Assembly: GCA_003140095.1 (NCBI GenBank)
Contig: PLIU01000491.1
Span: 2,789-66,788, forward strand
DNA from: Verrucomicrobiales bacterium
GTDB lineage: Bacteria > Verrucomicrobiota > Verrucomicrobiia > Limisphaerales > Palsa-1400
DNA: 64,000 nucleotides
Direction of reading: 5' to 3'
Shown piece by piece: positions 38,030-47,341 of this stretch. The notes beneath the pieces were generated by a model, which saw nothing but the letters and a program-made list of their open reading frames with translations, searched no databases and was not told where the DNA came from. The translations under genes were made by a program, and so were the position numbers. Within the stretch, counting starts at the first letter, position 1. Every line of letters starts with the position of its first letter.

Positions 38030-38275
38030 GAAATACCCAATTCCGAGGACTGGGTGACCTCCACCGCCCTCAAGGTCGATCAGCATGCCTGGGAACTCCT
38101 GGCTGTCCGCCTCGGTGTTAAAACGGTTGACGATGCGCCGGCAGGCTTCGTCGTCAAAAACTTGCACGAGGCCGGCCTTCTCGTTGGGGTGAACTCCTTC
38201 ATTTTCGAGGTGGAACCAGCCATCGGCCCGAAGGGTGAAAGAAGATTCGCTTATGCTGGGGGTTGTATTTTTCAT
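38030..38275 (-). pseudogene. Possible N-terminal remnant of a phage Mu gpI-like (protease/scaffold) gene
   Basis: ATG 38273-38275. ..LRADGWFHLENEGVHPNEKAGLVQVFDDEACRRIVNRFNTEADSQEFPGMLIDLE.. resembles, from memory, the N-terminus of Mu-like prophage I proteins. Similarity is lost afterwards, and the ORF runs antisense into the lipoprotein gene. Confidence 0.3.
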
Positions 38276-38769
38276 GTCGAATTTTCTGGAGCAAGTTGTA
38301 GTATGCCGCGTGTTATCCTTGGCCCCCGGCGGATGCCTCCGGCTGCTTCTGGCTCGTGGCGACATCCTGCTATAGGCCGCGTGCCCTCACGCGGCGGTCT
38401 TCCTGAGTCATCGTGCGCCGCGGCTCTTTTCCCTTTTTCATCGCCTCTTTCATCACTCATTCTGAATGTCTATTTACCATTCTACGTGTATGATAACTCA
38501 CATATTAAGATCTTGCAACATATTTCGCAAAATATTTTGACCCGTAAACAGTTCCTCGGAACGCGAAGATTGTTTGAAGAGCGCAGGAAAGACCGTTCTA
38601 AAAAAAGTGGATGGACAACGATTTTTCTGTTGATCAGAGGCCCTAATGGCCGACCCTCACGGCCTTCCCCGAGGACTGATAAACATTAAGGGCGGACTGG
38701 GAAGGAGGTCTCCTTCCGGTAAAGCGTTGTTGTCGAGTAAACAATAACAATGAACCGAAAGGAAACCGT

Positions 38770-39130
38770 ATGACAACGAAGTGTATGGCTGGAATCGATC
38801 TGCATAGCAACAATTTGTTTTGCGCGATCGTCGATAGGGAGGGCAAGCGCGTCTTTGAGCAGGCTGCCCTGCCACCTGGAGAGCGTGCTGCAGGCACTTA
38901 AACCGTTTAAGAAACGTCTGGAGAAGATTGCGGTGGAATCGACCTACAACTGGTATGGGCTGGTGGACGGATTGCAGGACCACGGTTATCCCGTCGTCCT
39001 GGCCAACCCGGCGGCGATGCAACAGTAGGACGGGCTCAAGCATGCCGACGACAAGTCGGACCTGGATTTGCAGGCCGGCGAACGCGTGCGCTGGCAACTG
39101 CGGGCTCGTTCCGAACTGCGCCTGATCCGC
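38770..39130 (+). pseudogene. IS110-family transposase remnant (N-terminal DEDD domain only; frameshift, in-frame stop, deletion)
   Basis: MTTKCMAGIDLHSNNLFCAIVDREGKRVFEQ, then a frame change to LPCHLESVLQALKPFKKRLEKIAVESTYNWYGLVDGLQDHGYPVVLANPAAMQQ*DGLKHADDKSD. The C-terminal transposase domain is absent. Confidence 0.65.
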
Positions 39131-39891
39131 CTGCAGCCGCCCCCAACCAAAAAACGCTTAAAAAAGTAGTCCGAGGTTTTTCAGCAGAATCAGTTTTGTC
39201 CGTTTTTCGTTGTTTCAGGTCTGTTTCTCATTCGTTTGATCAATTGATACTCGTTTCTGCGCAGCCGTGCCAGGACGGTTATCTTGCGCCGTTCGGAGTT
39301 CTAAAGTCAGCCGCAAATGGGACAACCTGATCCTCGCACCGTTTAGGGTATTGGCTCACGGCGCAAATGTTTTCGACCAGAAACCGAAAACTCGTTTGTT
39401 GCGACGTTTCCGCTGGCGTTGGCGGACAGGAAGGTGTTGGGGTTTTCGCTCTCCTGTTCCAGCCTTGCGACAATGGCCGCAAAAGATCGAGAGTAATTTT
39501 CATTTATTTTAAAATAAGGATTATGTGAAATTATGGTTCAAAATAAGTTTCGCAGGGCCAAGGATTATTTAGTATTGACTTCCTGATTGAGGACGGAGCA
39601 AGAACAGAGGGTTTCGTGAAGGCGTTTGCCGGGATATGCCGGCATCTATGGAATGGATGGGTATTTCTGCGTATTTCCAATATTAGAATGTTCGAGGAAT
39701 TTCGAGAACTCCGCTGAAATAAAACGGGTGAGTTTCAGATGGGGGATGCAAATGGCGGCCCGCCTTGGCCAAGGCGCGACAAGGACGGGCGCTATGCGGC
39801 AGAAGTCGATAAGGATCTGGGGTTTTGGAATTCCGTCACAATTCAGTTGCACATTGGGCCGGGGTTTGGCTTCATTTCCACCTTTTAGAGG

Positions 39892-40170
39892 ATGAAACGG
39901 CATAGAGTCACAAATCAGTATTCAGGGCGCGTGCAGGGTGTCGGGTTCCGTTATACGGTCCGAACCCTCACGCATGGGTTTGAAGTCACCGGGACGGTGC
40001 GCAACCTGGAGGATGGCCGTGTGGAGTTGTTGGTCGAAGGCGCCAAAGAGGAATTGGAGGCGTTCCTGGACGCGATCCGACAATCGGATGTCGGGCAATT
40101 CATCCGGCAGGAGCAAGCCTGCTGGTCAGAGGCAAAGAATGAATTTTGCGGTTTTGAAATTACGCATTAG
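39892..40170 (+). CDS. acyP: Acylphosphatase
   Basis: 92 aa. [29 protein letters not shown]. Confidence 0.85.
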   Translation: MKRHRVTNQYSGRVQGVGFRYTVRTLTHGFEVTGTVRNLEDGRVELLVEGAKEELEAFLDAIRQSDVGQFIRQEQACWSEAKNEFCGFEITH

Positions 40171-40193
40171 AGGCTGTATATTGGCTTGGTAAA

Positions 40194-40916
40194 ATGAAGT
40201 ACGCGATTATAGCCGATATTCACGCCAACCTGGAGGCCTTCCAGGTTGTGCTGGACGACATTGAAAAGCAGAAATGCACGCACGTGGCCTGCCTGGGCGA
40301 TATCGTCGGGTACAATGCCAATCCGAAGGAGTGTCTGGACACCATCCGGGCCATGAACATCCCCTGCATCAAGGGCAACCACGATGAGTATTGCTCGACC
40401 GACGAGGCGTTGGAGGGCTTCAACCCGCACGCGGCTGAGGCGGTCAACTGGACGCGCAAACAATTGACGCCCGTTGATAAGAAATGGCTCACCGAGTTGA
40501 AATACGTCCGCTTGATCACCAGTTTCACCATTGTCCACGCGACTCTGGACGGTCCCCAACGCTGGGGTTACGTATTCGAAAAACTGGCCGCGGCGGCCAG
40601 TTTCACCTACCAGAACACGGCGGTTTGCTTCTTTGGCCATACCCATGTGCCGGTCGCGTTTATCCGGGCGGCCGACGTCCGCGGCGGAACGTATTCCAAA
40701 TTCCGGGTGGAGCCGGGCCGGAAGTATTTCGTCAATGTTGGCGCCGTGGGCCAGCCGCGCGATAACAATCCCAAGGCGGCCTACGTTGTGTATGACATGG
40801 ATGAAGGGTCGATCGAACTGCGGCGGCTGGATTACGACATTCCGGCGGCGCAGAAGAAAATTATCGACGCCGGCTTGCCGCCCCGGCTGGCGGAGCGGCT
40901 GGCCGTTGGCAGATAG
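40194..40916 (+). CDS. Metallophosphoesterase (calcineurin-like, YfcE/MJ0936-type)
   Basis: 240 aa. ADIHAN, GDIVGY, GNHD, GHTH motifs. Confidence 0.85.
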   Translation: MKYAIIADIHANLEAFQVVLDDIEKQKCTHVACLGDIVGYNANPKECLDTIRAMNIPCIKGNHDEYCSTDEALEGFNPHAAEAVNWTRKQLTPVDKKWLTELKYVRLITSFTIVHATLDGPQRWGYVFEKLAAAASFTYQNTAVCFFGHTHVPVAFIRAADVRGGTYSKFRVEPGRKYFVNVGAVGQPRDNNPKAAYVVYDMDEGSIELRRLDYDIPAAQKKIIDAGLPPRLAERLAVGR

Positions 40917-40918
40917 TC

Positions 40919-42010
40919 TTGACGTTGCCGGACCGGCAAGGAAGAGGCCCGGAGGCTTTGAAAATACTCATCCTCAAGCCCAGTTCCCTGGGCGATGTCA
41001 TTCACGCGCTGCCTGTGCTGCGCCTGCTGAAGCGGCATTGGCCCGAGAGCCACATCCACTGGTGGCTGGACGTCAACCTGGTCCCGCTGTTGGAACGAGA
41101 CCCCGACCTGGAGGGCATCTATGCCTTTGAACGCAAGCATTGGGCCGCGCCACCGCATTGGCTGGAAATTCTTTCCGGCATCAGGGCCATGCGCGAGCAG
41201 CGGTTCGACCTGGCCATCGATCTGCAAGGGTTGGCCCGCAGCAGCATGTTCGCCTGGCTGGCTGACGCGAACACAACCGTTGGGCTGGACAACGAGCGGG
41301 AAGGCGGACGCGAAGGGGCGCGCGCGATGTATGACTTGACGCCGCCGCGCGCGCCGGCGCGCACCCACGCCGTGGACCGCTACCTGGCCGTGCTGCCGTT
41401 ACTGCGCGTGCCGGTGCATTGGGACTTTGAATGGCTGCCGCCGCGGCCTGCAGCCGCCCGGAAAGTGCGCGAGACCTGGGCGCCGGAGACCGAGCGGACC
41501 CGGTGGGTTGTTTTCCTGCCGGGCGGGCGCTGGGACAACAAGCGTTGGCCCGTGCGAAATTTCGTCGAACTGGCCAAGCGGTTTGGGGACATCCCGGAAT
41601 TGAAGCTGGTGGTGCTGGGCAGCAAAGCTGAGCGGTCATTGGGGGAGGAGATCGCGGTCGCCGCACCCGGACGTTGTCTGAATCTGGCCGGTTCGACCAC
41701 CCTGGACGAGATGATTGAATGGATTCGGCTCAGCCGCTTGACCATCACCAACGACACGGGGCCGATGCACGTGGCCGCGGCCTTAAGCCGCCCGGTCCTG
41801 GCGGTCTTCGGGCCAACCGCCCCGTGGAATACCGGGCCGTACCGGCAGTTGGACCATGTCATTCAGGCCACCGACTTGCCCTGTGTTCCTTGCCTCAAAA
41901 GCCGGTGTTTTTATCGGGAGCCGTTGGCGTGCTTGCACGCGATCAAGCCGGAGTTCGTGTTTGAAAAGGCCCGGCAGGAGCTGGCCCGGGACGCCCGGGA
42001 CGGAGTTTAA
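40919..42010 (+). CDS. Glycosyltransferase family 9 (LPS heptosyltransferase-like)
   Basis: LKILILKPSSLGDVIHALPVL..., ..TNDTGPMHVAAAL.. The start is uncertain: TTG 40919, or TTG 40958 (MKILIL). Confidence 0.85.
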   Translation: MTLPDRQGRGPEALKILILKPSSLGDVIHALPVLRLLKRHWPESHIHWWLDVNLVPLLERDPDLEGIYAFERKHWAAPPHWLEILSGIRAMREQRFDLAIDLQGLARSSMFAWLADANTTVGLDNEREGGREGARAMYDLTPPRAPARTHAVDRYLAVLPLLRVPVHWDFEWLPPRPAAARKVRETWAPETERTRWVVFLPGGRWDNKRWPVRNFVELAKRFGDIPELKLVVLGSKAERSLGEEIAVAAPGRCLNLAGSTTLDEMIEWIRLSRLTITNDTGPMHVAAALSRPVLAVFGPTAPWNTGPYRQLDHVIQATDLPCVPCLKSRCFYREPLACLHAIKPEFVFEKARQELARDARDGV

Positions 42011-42086
42011 ACTTCGGCGCTTGACTTGCCGTTGGCGCCGCGACAATTTGCCGGACAGTCGGGAAGCCGACGAATTCTTGAACACA

Positions 42087-43067
42087 ATGGACCACGTTTC
42101 CTCTGAAAATGCGCGTGCCGCCGGGGACGCACAGGAAGTCTTGGTGTGCGTCGATCAGTATGCGTTTCCCGGAGGATGGATCAAGCCCGCTGAGGCGGAC
42201 GCGCGCGCCCAACTGTCTTGCGAGCAACTCGAGGACGGCAAGGTGCTTTGCTTTGAACGCGTGCCTTACCTGCTCTTCCAGGATGACCGGGAATTCCTTC
42301 TCTCGCAACGCCAAAGCGAATCGCGCCTGCACAAGAACGTTTCTTATCGCCCCTCCCGGGATGTCTTGCGCGGTGCGGCCGGCGAGCCGAAGGAGAGGGC
42401 GCGCTTGCACGAGATCATGCGCAAATACTCGCAGGAAGTGACGCGCTTTCTGAAGCAACTGCTGGCGCCTTACGCGCTGGACATGGCGCTGGATTTCGCC
42501 AGCTTCCGGCCCGAAGAAGAGGAAGGAAGAGATTTGCCGACGCATAAACGCAACGATTTGCTGCATTGCGACGCCTTCCCGACCCGGCCCACCAACGGCC
42601 ACCGCATTCTGCGCTGTTTCACCAATATCAATCCCACCGCTCCGCGCATTTGGAACACGACCGATGCCTTTTCGGTCCTGGCGGAGAAGTACGCCAACGA
42701 GGCGGGCCTGGCCGCCTTCGCCGCCAAGGGCAGCGCTCCGAGCCATCCGCTGGTGCGGAGCTTTAAGAAGGCCTTCGGCCTCAAGGCGGTGGACCACTCC
42801 GCCTATGACCGGTTCATGCTCCGGTTCCATGATTACCTCAAGGACAACCGCGACTTCCAGCAAAACTGCCCCAAGACACGCCTGGAATTCCCGCCAGGCT
42901 GCACGTGGATTTGTTATACCGACTCGGTGCCACATAGCGTCATGTCGGGCCGCTACGCCTTGGAACAGACTGTTATCATCCCGCTGACGTCGTTGTTGAC
43001 ACCGGACAAAGCGCCCATCCGCGTGCTGGAGAGGTTGGCCGGAAAGCCGTTGTCCCGATCCTCTTAG
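42087..43067 (+). CDS. Kdo hydroxylase-like (KdoO family) Fe(II)/2-oxoglutarate dioxygenase
   Basis: ORF 41856..43067 trimmed to ATG 42087. HKNVSYRP, FRPEEEEGRDL, RNDLLHCDAFPTRPTNGHRILRCFTNINP match my recollection of the KdoO family. Confidence 0.72.
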   Translation: MDHVSSENARAAGDAQEVLVCVDQYAFPGGWIKPAEADARAQLSCEQLEDGKVLCFERVPYLLFQDDREFLLSQRQSESRLHKNVSYRPSRDVLRGAAGEPKERARLHEIMRKYSQEVTRFLKQLLAPYALDMALDFASFRPEEEEGRDLPTHKRNDLLHCDAFPTRPTNGHRILRCFTNINPTAPRIWNTTDAFSVLAEKYANEAGLAAFAAKGSAPSHPLVRSFKKAFGLKAVDHSAYDRFMLRFHDYLKDNRDFQQNCPKTRLEFPPGCTWICYTDSVPHSVMSGRYALEQTVIIPLTSLLTPDKAPIRVLERLAGKPLSRSS

Positions 43068-43137
43068 GCGGAATTAGGCGGAATTTCCTTCGTGTTTGGC
43101 GCTTGAAATCCACGGAGGTTGCGGCCTAAACTACGGC

Positions 43138-44010
43138 ATGAGGAAATTCGCCATCTTGCTGGCTCTGTTGAGCGCGCCCATGCATTGCACACAAGCACAA
43201 CCCAACGGCGTCACCGCTGAGTTGCAACTGGGCCAGGAACAATACCTGCCGGATGAAGATGTGCAGTTGAAGGTGCGCATCGCCAATCGCTCTGGGCAGC
43301 CGGTTGTTCTGGGAACGGACAACCAGTGGATCACCTTTAACGTCGTGGGCGAGCACGAATACCTCGTGCCCAAGCAAGGGGAGATGCCGATCCAAGGTCC
43401 GTTTACGCTGCTTTCCGGGCAGGTCGTGACGCGGGTGTTCAATCCCACCCCGTATTTTGGTTTCCGGCAGCCTGGCCGCTACAGCCTTGGCGCGACCATC
43501 AGGATAGCGCAGTGGAAGCAGGAAATCGCCTGCAAACCGGTGGCCATTACCGTTTCGGAAGGCGTGCCGCTGCCCCATTTGGGCGATTTGAGCTTTGGGG
43601 TGCCGCCGCCGCCCGGCGTGACCAACGCGCCCCCGGAAGTGCGGCGCTACAGCCTCCTGAAGGCCTCGGACCTGGATGAGTTGCGGTTGTATTTTCGATT
43701 GACAGACAAGAGCGGGCGGACCTTGCGCGTTTTCCCGCTGGCGCGCATGCTTTCCTTCAGCGATCCCGAGGCGCAAATCGACCGCGCCAACAACCTGCAC
43801 GTCCTGCTCCAGACCGGCGCCCAGACCTTCACCTACTCCATCCTGGACCCGAACGGCAACCTGCTGGCGCGGCAGTTCCACCAGTACACGCGCACGCGGC
43901 CTTCCCTGCACGTCAACGATGACGGGCAGATTCTCGTGGAGGGCGGACGGCGGTTGCTGACCTGGGAGGATATTCCCGCGCCGGCGGCCGGCCCGGCCAA
44001 GAGTCAATAG
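43138..44010 (+). CDS. Secreted hypothetical protein
   Basis: Trimmed to ATG 43138 (MRKFAILLALLSAPMHCTQAQ). 290 aa. I recognise no family. Confidence 0.55.
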   Translation: MRKFAILLALLSAPMHCTQAQPNGVTAELQLGQEQYLPDEDVQLKVRIANRSGQPVVLGTDNQWITFNVVGEHEYLVPKQGEMPIQGPFTLLSGQVVTRVFNPTPYFGFRQPGRYSLGATIRIAQWKQEIACKPVAITVSEGVPLPHLGDLSFGVPPPPGVTNAPPEVRRYSLLKASDLDELRLYFRLTDKSGRTLRVFPLARMLSFSDPEAQIDRANNLHVLLQTGAQTFTYSILDPNGNLLARQFHQYTRTRPSLHVNDDGQILVEGGRRLLTWEDIPAPAAGPAKSQ

Positions 44011-44173
44011 ACATGTCGCAGCCGTGCCGGCGGCGGGGGTTGAGAAACGCTTTGTCCATAGACACAAAGAAGGCCATTTTCGCAGGCCGCGCCAGAGGCG
44101 CGAACGAGCGAGCGAATGAGCTTGCGCCGGAGCAACGCCCTCTGTTTCATTATCGTCACGAGCGGTTTACCTG

Positions 44174-45634
44174 ATGCAATTCTATCCAAAACATTACTGC
44201 GGCGTCTTTGGCGTTTTTGGCCATCCCAACGCGGCTGAGTTGACGTACTACGGCCTTTACGCTTTGCAACATCGCGGCCAGGAAAGCGCGGGCATCGTGG
44301 CCTGCGATGGCCGCCAGTTCCGGGAATACAAACGCATGGGGCTGGTGTCCCAAATTTTCACCGGCGACATCCTGCACAATCTGGCCGGCCACGCGGCGCT
44401 GGGCCACACTCGCTATTCCACGACCGGCGCCTCCCATTTGCGCAACGCGCAGCCGTTGACAGGTGTCGGCAAACGCGGTCAGATCGCCATCGCGCATAAT
44501 GGCAACTTGACCAACGCCTCCGCCTTGCGCGAGGAACTGGAGGAAAACGGCGCCGTTTTCACCACCACCGTCGATAGCGAAATCGTCCTCCACCTCCTCA
44601 GCCAGCCCACCCTGGGGGGCAGTGAAAACAACCTTTTGCAAACCGTGCGCCGCTTGGAGGGCGCGTATTCACTGGGCATTCTGACCGAGCAGGAATTGAT
44701 CGGCGTGCGCGACCCGTTCGGCTTCCGTCCGCTCTGCCTGGGCAGGCTCGACGAGGGCTGGGTGCTGGCGAGCGAGTCCTGCGCGCTGGATTTGATCTCC
44801 GCCAAACTGGAGCGCGAGATCGAGCCGGGCGAAATCATCATTATTGACAAAAACGGCCCGCGCAGCTTGCAAGCCTTTCCCGCCCAAACCCAGCGCGCCT
44901 TCTGCATTTTTGAATACGTCTATTTCGCCCGGCCCGACAGCAACATCGCCGGCCGCAATGTCTATAAAGTCCGCGTGGAAATGGGGCGCGAATTGGCGCG
45001 GGAGCATCCGTTGGAAGCGGACCTGGTCGTGCCGGTGCCCGACAGCGGCAACTACGCCGCACTGGGGTACTCCTTGGAGACAGGCATCCCCTACGAGATG
45101 GCATTCATCCGCAATCACTACGTGGGGCGGAGCTTCCTGCAGCCCTCGCAACTGATCCGCGATTTCAACGTGCGGGTGAAACTGAACCTGATCTCCGAAT
45201 TGGTCAAAGGCAAGCGCGTCATCGTGGTGGACGACTCGATTGTGCGCGGCACTACTTGCAAGGCCCGTGTCAATAATTTGAAAGAGGCGGGCGCCAAGGA
45301 GGTCCACGTGCTGGTCAGTTGTCCGCCGCACATGAATCCCTGCGTCTATGGCATTGATTTTCCTGATCGCTCCAAGTTGATGGCGGCCAACTACTCGTTG
45401 GACGAAATCCGCCGTTACCTCAGCGCGGACTCGCTGGCTTATTTGTCGGAGGCGGGCATGGTCAAGGCCACCGGCCTGCCCGCCGACTCCTTTTGCATGG
45501 CCTGCTACAATGGCCGCTATCCCGTGCCCTACGACGAACAATTGGACAAGCACATTATCGAGCGCCGCCGCGCCCGCATCGAGGGCTTGGCCGAGGGGTT
45601 GGAAAAAGAGGAGATGCAGATCAAGCTGTTGTAG
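44174..45634 (+). CDS. purF: Amidophosphoribosyltransferase
   Basis: 486 aa. N-terminal nucleophile context HYCGVFGVFG. PRTase motif VIVVDDSIVRGTT. Confidence 0.95.
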   Translation: MQFYPKHYCGVFGVFGHPNAAELTYYGLYALQHRGQESAGIVACDGRQFREYKRMGLVSQIFTGDILHNLAGHAALGHTRYSTTGASHLRNAQPLTGVGKRGQIAIAHNGNLTNASALREELEENGAVFTTTVDSEIVLHLLSQPTLGGSENNLLQTVRRLEGAYSLGILTEQELIGVRDPFGFRPLCLGRLDEGWVLASESCALDLISAKLEREIEPGEIIIIDKNGPRSLQAFPAQTQRAFCIFEYVYFARPDSNIAGRNVYKVRVEMGRELAREHPLEADLVVPVPDSGNYAALGYSLETGIPYEMAFIRNHYVGRSFLQPSQLIRDFNVRVKLNLISELVKGKRVIVVDDSIVRGTTCKARVNNLKEAGAKEVHVLVSCPPHMNPCVYGIDFPDRSKLMAANYSLDEIRRYLSADSLAYLSEAGMVKATGLPADSFCMACYNGRYPVPYDEQLDKHIIERRRARIEGLAEGLEKEEMQIKLL

Positions 45635-45904
45635 CGGCGCGCCGTTGAAGTGCAGGTCAGACGGTGAAAGGGTTGATGGTCGCCACAAACGGGAAATGGC
45701 TCACATCACGCGTTACCATGGTGAGAGTCCAGGCGCGGGCAGTGGCCGCGATCGCAGAATCACGGGTGGTCCGGAGACGATTTTTTTGTGCATCGCTTTT
45801 CTGGCCCTAGGGCGAGTCCCCTCCTTGGAAGCGTTGCGGGAATGCGGCTCCTGCTCGTCATCTCGGTTCGGTGTCCGCCCCTCGACTTTCCTTCTTTCTT
45901 TGTT

Positions 45905-47101
45905 ATGCTGGCTGACGTGAGTTTTGTTCGTGACTTTAACATGCTTCCTCTCAATGGCCTGCGGCAGGGTTCGTTGGAAGCCACGGCGGACCAGGCGCGC
46001 GAGGCGCTGGAGAAACCGCGCCTAACCGTGGCGGATTTCGCGCGTTTGATCTCCCCCGCCGCCGGCCCAAACTTGGAGGAATTGGCACGCCGTTCGCAGG
46101 CGCTGACGCGGCGGCGCTTCGGCCATGCCATCCGCCTTTTCGCGCCGCTTTACCTCTCCAACGAGTGTGTCAATAATTGTAAATACTGCGGTTTTTCCCG
46201 CGACAATCCCATTGTCCGTGTGACTCTCAGCGTCGAGGACGTCCTGCGCGAGGTGCGGGCGTTGCGGGAACAAGGTTTCCGCAACATCTTGCTGGTGGCG
46301 GGCGAACACCCCAAATTTGTCTCCGGGCAGTACCTGGCCGATTGCATCCGCGCGTTGCGCGCCGAGGTGCCGTCCATTTCCCTGGAACTGGGTCCGATGG
46401 AAACGGAGGATTACCTTCCGCTGGTTCAGGCCGGCGCGGATGGTTTGGTGGTATACCAGGAAAGTTACGACCGCGCGGTGTACGCCGAGATGCACACCGC
46501 GGGGCCGAAACGGAATTTCGATTGGCGCCTGGAAACGCCCGAACGCGCTTACGCGGCGGGATTCCGCCGGCTGGGCATCGGCGCTTTATACGGTCTGGGC
46601 GACTGGCGGCGCGAAGCGATCAGCGTGGCCGCGCACGCGGAGTATCTGTTGCGCCATTGTTGGAAGGCGCAATTGACGGTGTCGCTGCCCCGGCTGCGCC
46701 CGTGCGCGGGCGAATTCCAACCGCCCGCCCCCATGTCCGAGCGCGAGCTGGTGCAACTGGTCTGCGCCCTGCGCCTGTTGCTGCCGGACGCCGGGCTGGT
46801 GCTCTCGACGCGCGAATCGGCGCGGTTGCGCGACGGCTTGATTCCGCTGGGCATAACGATGATCAGCGCCGGCAGCCACACCGAACCGGGAGGGTATACC
46901 GGAGCGGGCCGCGAGAAGTTGCACCACACCCAACACGGACGCATGGTCGAATTGGCCGCGGGTTCCAGCGAATGGGCCTCCGGCGCGACAGGCCAGTTCG
47001 ATATTGCCGACTCACGGTCCCCAAGCGAGGTGGCCGACTTGCTCAAGCGCCTGGGTTACGATCCGGTCTGGAAGGATTGGGACGCGGCGCTGATGGCCTG
47101 A
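45905..47101 (+). CDS. thiH: 2-iminoacetate synthase (tyrosine lyase) ThiH, radical SAM
   Basis: ORF 45788..47101 trimmed to ATG 45905. CVNNCKYCGF (CxxxCxxC). ThiH-like length and pattern. Confidence 0.88.
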   Translation: MLADVSFVRDFNMLPLNGLRQGSLEATADQAREALEKPRLTVADFARLISPAAGPNLEELARRSQALTRRRFGHAIRLFAPLYLSNECVNNCKYCGFSRDNPIVRVTLSVEDVLREVRALREQGFRNILLVAGEHPKFVSGQYLADCIRALRAEVPSISLELGPMETEDYLPLVQAGADGLVVYQESYDRAVYAEMHTAGPKRNFDWRLETPERAYAAGFRRLGIGALYGLGDWRREAISVAAHAEYLLRHCWKAQLTVSLPRLRPCAGEFQPPAPMSERELVQLVCALRLLLPDAGLVLSTRESARLRDGLIPLGITMISAGSHTEPGGYTGAGREKLHHTQHGRMVELAAGSSEWASGATGQFDIADSRSPSEVADLLKRLGYDPVWKDWDAALMA

Positions 47102-47131
47102 GGCCATACCTGCTTGCTGATTATGGTTTGA

Positions 47132-47341
47132 ATGAACGACCACTTTGTCATCGCCAACGGGCAAAAGATCGCCACGCAGTCCCCCTGCACCATCGAGGAG
47201 TTCTTGCGGGCGCGGAAACTTCCGCCCCGCTGCGTCGTGGTCGAGCATAACGGCCAGGCGGTGGCGCCTTCTGAATTCGGCCAGCGTCCCTTGGCGGACG
47301 GCGACCGCCTTGAAATCGTCAACATCGTCGCCGGCGGATGA
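47132..47341 (+). CDS. thiS: Sulfur-carrier protein ThiS
   Basis: 69 aa. Ubiquitin-like, with a C-terminal ..IVNIVAGG. Confidence 0.85.
   Translation: MNDHFVIANGQKIATQSPCTIEEFLRARKLPPRCVVVEHNGQAVAPSEFGQRPLADGDRLEIVNIVAGG

Noticed and set aside
37964-38689. 241-aa plus-strand ORF
   Set aside because: It overlaps, antisense, the phage-like remnant, and then runs through an AT-rich non-coding stretch. There is no family signature and no consistent codon bias.
10489-39191. The two identical 17-mers as ends of a 28.7-kb composite transposon
   Set aside because: The interval contains essential, syntenic core genes (coaD, rpmF, plsX, fabH, tRNA-Asp). The repeats are better explained as independent IS-tail remnants.
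41943-45688. Long minus-strand ORFs (41943..42935, 43126..44067, 44669..45688)
   Set aside because: Each lies antisense to a well-supported plus-strand gene (the KdoO-like gene, the secreted protein, purF). They have Arg/Gly/Ala-rich shadow composition.
45635-45904. TPP (or cobalamin) riboswitch in the 270-nt leader upstream of thiH
   Set aside because: I looked on both strands for the TPP core (CUGAGA ... ACCUGAUCUGGAUAAUGCCAGCG ... AGGGA) and did not find it. GGTGAGAGTCC resembles a cobalamin-riboswitch element, but the B12 box (GCCACTG) is absent on that strand. A covariance-model scan (Rfam TPP/Cobalamin) would be decisive.
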